DNA of 22,713 nucleotides, from the NCBI GenBank assembly GCA_044868695.1, contig JBIOWP010000071.1, forward strand, positions 1 to 22,713, in the 5' to 3' direction. Numbering within the stretch: position 1 is the stretch's first letter; each line of letters begins with the position of its first letter. The DNA comes from a bacterium (GTDB lineage: Bacteria; Sysuimicrobiota; Sysuimicrobiia; Sysuimicrobiales; Kaftiobacteriaceae). Of the stretch, positions 19,089-22,713 are shown one piece after another. The translations under genes and the position numbers were made by a program. The notes beneath the pieces were generated by a model, which was given only the letters and a program-made list of their open reading frames with translations, was not told the origin of the DNA and searched no databases.

Positions 19089-20180
19089 ATGAGGGTTGCC
19101 GACCCCCGACCCCCGGCCCCCGGCACTTACGATGTCGTGATCGCGGGCGCCAGCTTCGCCGGGCTGGCCGCGGCGCAGCGGCTCTCCGGGAAGCGTGTCG
19201 TTCTCGTGGACCGCGCGCCGCTGGGGGAGGGGCTCACGTCCGCCTGCGCCGCACCGGTCTCGATCGTGCGCGCCATGGGGGCGGAGGACTCCATCCAGCA
19301 GGTCCACGATCGGCTGGTCCTGCACACCCCCGCGGCCGAGACCGTCTGGCCGCTCGGCGACCCGTTCTGCACCTTTGACTACCGGCGGTTTTGCGCGCTG
19401 GCACACGAGCGGGCCGGTGCAGAGTTCTATCAGGCGTCGGTGCGGGGGCGGGACGGCGCGGTCGTGCACACCACCGCGGGGAACGTGACCGGAGCCGTGC
19501 TGGTGGATGCCACCGGATGGCGCGCCGCGCTCGCCGGGTCCGCGACGCCGCCGGTGGGCCGCCGCTGGATGGCCTTCGGGATTGAGTCTGAGGTCCCTGG
19601 GGCGTTCCCCTCCGGGCTGCACTTCTATTTCCTCCCGGAAGTCCGGGACGGATACGCCTGGGCCTTCCCCTGCGGCGGCGGTGTGCGGTTCGGCGTCCTT
19701 AGCTACCGCGGCCGCACCAAGCTGTCACCGGCGCTGGAGACCTTCATGGCCCGCTTCGGACGGCGCCCCGACACCGTGCACGGCGGGTTCCTCGCCTCTG
19801 GGCTCAGATCTCCTGTGGTGGATGGTGTGTTGGTGACCGGGGATGCCTCCGGGCATTGTCTCCCGCTGACCGGGGAGGGCATCCGCACCGCGGTCCTGGG
19901 CGGCTTCCGCTGCGGGGAGATCGTGCGCCAGGTACTCGACGGCGGCCTCAGCCGCGCTCAGGGGGCCGCCGCCTATCGCGCCTTCACGGAATCCTCGCGG
20001 CGGTCTTTTCGTGCGCTGGTCTGGGGAAATCTGCTGCTGCTGGTCCTGCCGTTGCGGGCCACCGGCGTCCTGGCACGGTGGCTCGCCCGGCCGCGGGCGC
20101 TGCGGTGGTTCCTGCGATCCTATCTGAGGATTTTTGCCTGGGACCCGCTGCAGCCTCCGGAGAACGCGCCTGCTAGGTGA
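19089..20180 (+). CDS. FAD-dependent oxidoreductase, geranylgeranyl reductase/FixC family
   Basis: ATG 19089. Rossmann 'YDVVIAGASFAGLAAA', 'VDATG', 'GYAWAFP' (YxWxFP), 'GDASGHCLPLTGEGI'. Confidence 0.82.
   Translation: MRVADPRPPAPGTYDVVIAGASFAGLAAAQRLSGKRVVLVDRAPLGEGLTSACAAPVSIVRAMGAEDSIQQVHDRLVLHTPAAETVWPLGDPFCTFDYRRFCALAHERAGAEFYQASVRGRDGAVVHTTAGNVTGAVLVDATGWRAALAGSATPPVGRRWMAFGIESEVPGAFPSGLHFYFLPEVRDGYAWAFPCGGGVRFGVLSYRGRTKLSPALETFMARFGRRPDTVHGGFLASGLRSPVVDGVLVTGDASGHCLPLTGEGIRTAVLGGFRCGEIVRQVLDGGLSRAQGAAAYRAFTESSRRSFRALVWGNLLLLVLPLRATGVLARWLARPRALRWFLRSYLRIFAWDPLQPPENAPAR
19101..19121 (+). repeat. Heptamer tandem repeat (GRCCCCC)x3
   Basis: gaccccc-gaccccc-ggccccc at the 5' end of the oxidoreductase gene; same unit as 1265-1292. 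Confidence 0.7.
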
Positions 20181-21723
20181 GGTCGCTGGCGCGGACGACC
20201 GGCCGTGTCTCATCCGCGGCCTCCAGCGCATTCCGCGCCGCATGGAGCAGTTCAGTTCCGCTCATCGCGTCATCCGGAAACGCCGCAATCCCCAGTCTGA
20301 TATCCAGCCCACCTGCGGCAGCCCGCAGCGCAGGAACCACAGCGCTCTGGCGCAGCCGCTGCCGCAACTGCGTGGCGAATTTGCCCGCCGCCGCCGCGCC
20401 GGTCATGGGCAACAGGACGAAAAACTCGCCCCCCGCCCCGCGTGCGACGACGTCCACGCCGCGGGCCATCTCCAGAATCCGCGATGCGATGTCCTTCTGC
20501 AGCAGATCCACTCCGGCCGCGCCCAGGTCGGCGGCGAGCGCGTCCAGGTTGGCGAGCTGCAGGGTGACGAATGCGAACGGCGCGCCCAGCTGCGTCGCCC
20601 GCCGGACCTCTTCCCGGAGAATGCGGTCCACCTGCTCGCGGGGGTAGAGACGGGCTGTTGGATCGGCCAGTGCCAGACGCTGGAGGTCTTCCAGCAGATA
20701 CGCGCGTTCCAGGGCCACGCCCCCGTGGTCCGCGATACTGCGCAGGACGGCCGCATCGGCCGCCGTCCACGTTTCGTCTCCTCCCGCGCAGATGCCTCCG
20801 ATCAGGCGGCCCGCCGCGACGATGGGTGCGCAGATCCCGCGTGTCCACTGCACGCCGTCGGGGGCGCTTACAGTCTGTGGATCCATCGCCGTCTCGCTGA
20901 TCGTGTCGCCGCAGGCATACATGATCGCGGCGGTGTCATCCGGTTCGATCCCGCGCGCGTGCGCCAGGGAGAGGGCGCCTCCCAGCCGTTCGTAGAGAAA
21001 GACCGCGCCATAGGGCGCGGTCATCTGTTGACGGGCGGCCTCGACGATCGTCTCCAGCACCCTCGACGTCTCGGGGGCGCCGGCCAGACGGCGGGCCAGG
21101 TCGTAGGAGAACTCGAGGTCGGCAACGCGCTGCCGCAGCTGCTCGGTCGCCTCGGCCAGCTTCACATCCAGGATCCGGTTCAAGGAGGCGCGTGCCCGGG
21201 AGAGCCTGGTCTCTTGCGCCAGGACGCCGAAGAAGAGCGCCAGCAAAAAGCTGCCCGACGTGAAGATGCCGACCCGCATGGCGGTCGGCCCCAGGGATGG
21301 CAGGCCGCCTTCTGCCACGTTCCACATCCAGACAGCGATCGCCGACACGGCGAGGGCGGAGAGGAACGTGTGACGCAGATCCAGACGCACCGCCGCGCTG
21401 AGCACCGGAAGGTAGAGCAAGAACAGCAGCGTGCTCCGGATCCCGCCGGTAAAGAAGACGAGCGCGGCGGCGGCGAGGATGTCGATGGTGAGAAACAGGT
21501 CCTGGCGCGGGGCGCGGCGCAGCCGCGGCAGGACCAGCAGCGCGCTGGCGATATACGCGGCAATGAGCGCGGTCAGGCCGGTGAGGACGAGTTCGCTCTG
21601 TGGAGAGACGACGTCCCACGAGAGGAGCGGGAGGAGCGCAAACAGCACGACGAGGCGGACAAAGGCGATGCGCCGCTCCGCCGTGCTCCACGCTTCGAGC
21701 TCGGCGGCCGTCGAGTCAGGCAT
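20173..21723 (-). CDS. Membrane protein with about 6 TM helices, coiled coil, GAF domain and degenerate GGDEF domain (start ATG 21723, alternative 21795)
   Basis: Hydrophobic N-terminus with 'DILAAAALVFFTGG'; GAF 'ICAPIVAAGRLIGGI...IADHGGVALERAYL'; GGDEF fold 'LREEVRRA', 'RGVDVVARGAGGEFFVLLP', 'LGIAAFPDDA', 'ELLHAARNAL'. Confidence 0.85.
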   Translation of the reverse strand: MPDSTAAELEAWSTAERRIAFVRLVVLFALLPLLSWDVVSPQSELVLTGLTALIAAYIASALLVLPRLRRAPRQDLFLTIDILAAAALVFFTGGIRSTLLFLLYLPVLSAAVRLDLRHTFLSALAVSAIAVWMWNVAEGGLPSLGPTAMRVGIFTSGSFLLALFFGVLAQETRLSRARASLNRILDVKLAEATEQLRQRVADLEFSYDLARRLAGAPETSRVLETIVEAARQQMTAPYGAVFLYERLGGALSLAHARGIEPDDTAAIMYACGDTISETAMDPQTVSAPDGVQWTRGICAPIVAAGRLIGGICAGGDETWTAADAAVLRSIADHGGVALERAYLLEDLQRLALADPTARLYPREQVDRILREEVRRATQLGAPFAFVTLQLANLDALAADLGAAGVDLLQKDIASRILEMARGVDVVARGAGGEFFVLLPMTGAAAAGKFATQLRQRLRQSAVVPALRAAAGGLDIRLGIAAFPDDAMSGTELLHAARNALEAADETRPVVRASDLT

Positions 21724-21826
21724 CGACGGGCGTTGAGCGACTCCTTTCAGGACGCTGACAAGATGAGCCGGGATCAACCGCACAGAAAATGTCATGCCCC
21801 GATTAGTTCGCCGCGAGTCCCCTGGG

Positions 21827-21915
21827 TGGTGCCGGGGGAGGGAGTCGAACCCTCACGGGCCTTTCGGCCCACGGGATTTTGAGTCCCGCGCGTCAGCCAG
21901 TTCCGCCACCCCGGC
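21827..21915 (-). tRNA. tRNA-Leu (anticodon CAA), long variable arm, CCA encoded
   Basis: The minus strand folds as acceptor GCCGGGG/CCCCGGC + ACCA, anticodon arm CGGGA-CTCAAAA-TCCCG, variable arm GGGCC-GAAA-GGCCC, and T arm GAGGG-TTCGACT-CCCTC. Confidence 0.97.
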
Positions 21916-21923
21916 GCACACCG

Positions 21924-21953
21924 AGTATAGAGGGCGCCGATTTCTCTCGTCAA
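21924..21953 (-). promoter_or_regulatory. Sigma70-type promoter of tRNA-Leu
   Basis: Minus strand TTGACG (21953-21948)-N18-TATACT (21929-21924), 8 nt upstream of the mature tRNA 5' end. Confidence 0.75.
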
Positions 21954-22019
21954 TGTCGTCGCTCGTAGGGGGCCCCAGGAAGGTCATCGAAGAGGAGACT
22001 CGTCGGCTCTGGTCGGGAT

Positions 22020-22713
22020 ATGAACGCGACCCGCGGCAAGCTGGTCCTCATCGACGCCAACGGCCTAATCTACCGGGCCTTTTTCGCGCTGCCGTACTTC
22101 ACCACCAGCCACGGCCGGCCGACCAACGCGGTGTACGGCTTCACGAACATGCTCCTCAAGATCTTGGACGAGGAGCAGCCGGGCTATATTGCGGCGGCCT
22201 TCGACAAGGCGGCCCCAACGTTCCGCCACGCCGAGTTCAAGGACTACAAAGCTACCCGCCAGCGGATGCCGGATGACCTGCGGCCCCAGCTGCAGACGAC
22301 CAAAGAGATCCTCGACGCCCTGGCCATCCCGATCTTTGAGGTCGAGGGGTACGAGGCCGACGACGTCCTGGGCACCATCGCGCGGAGGGCCGCGGCCGAG
22401 GGGTTCGAGGTGCTCATCGTCACGGGCGACCTCGACGTCCTCCAGCTCGTCGACGACGGGATCAAGGTGATGGTCACCAGTCGCGGGATCAGCGAGACGA
22501 CCGTCTACGACCGCGAGCGCTTCCGCGCGCGCTTTGGATTCGAGCCGTCGCAGCTGCCGGATTACAAAGGCTTGAAGGGCGACACTACCGACAACATTCC
22601 CGGCGTCCCGGGTGTCGGAGAGAAGACCGCCGGCCAGCTGATCCAGCAGTTCGGCCGCGTCGAGGACCTGCTCGAACAGGTCAACCGGGCGCCGGCGAAG
22701 CTACACGATCCGC
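22020..22713 (+). CDS. polA: DNA polymerase I, N-terminal 5'-3' exonuclease domain (runs off the window)
   Basis: MNATRGKLVLIDANGLIYRAFFALP...PTNAVYGFTNML...FD...TFRH...YKATR...GYEADDVLGT...IVTGDLD...LKGDTTDNIPGVPGVGEKTA. Not in the ORF track because it has no stop. The polymerase domain is not visible in this window. Confidence 0.9.
   Translation, partial: MNATRGKLVLIDANGLIYRAFFALPYFTTSHGRPTNAVYGFTNMLLKILDEEQPGYIAAAFDKAAPTFRHAEFKDYKATRQRMPDDLRPQLQTTKEILDALAIPIFEVEGYEADDVLGTIARRAAAEGFEVLIVTGDLDVLQLVDDGIKVMVTSRGISETTVYDRERFRARFGFEPSQLPDYKGLKGDTTDNIPGVPGVGEKTAGQLIQQFGRVEDLLEQVNRAPAKLHDP

Noticed and set aside
20134..21882. 582-aa plus-strand ORF
   Set aside because: Antisense to the GAF/GGDEF gene and overlaps the tRNA.
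21796..21915. Genomic island integrated at tRNA-Leu
   Set aside because: No integrase, no duplicated tRNA 3' end noticed, and no compositional shift downstream.

Overview
High-GC bacterial chromosomal window made up mostly of housekeeping genes. On the + strand: the 3' end of a peptide/nickel (Opp/Dpp) ABC substrate-binding gene, a B-C-D-F module, a second A-B-C module, a secreted hypothetical protein, gatC-gatA-gatB, an RlmD-like protein, a GabT-like class III aminotransferase, dnaE and a geranylgeranyl-reductase-family flavoprotein. On the - strand: a membrane GAF/degenerate-GGDEF protein and tRNA-Leu(CAA). The window ends in the 5' part of polA (+). I see no mobile element, CRISPR array or prophage. 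The points most worth following up are: (1) an intact RlmD paralogue that keeps its Fe-S cysteines but has lost every methyltransferase catalytic motif, with both catalytic residues replaced by His; (2) gatA lies in frame with gatC, directly behind its TAG, and has no ATG/GTG/TTG start for its conserved N-terminus; (3) a probable c-di-GMP receptor with a dead GGDEF site and an intact RxxD site; (4) short 7-9 nt tandem repeats at gene junctions, some as inverted hairpin/G-quadruplex-capable pairs that extend into coding termini; (5) a REP/RPE-like palindrome between gatA and gatB.
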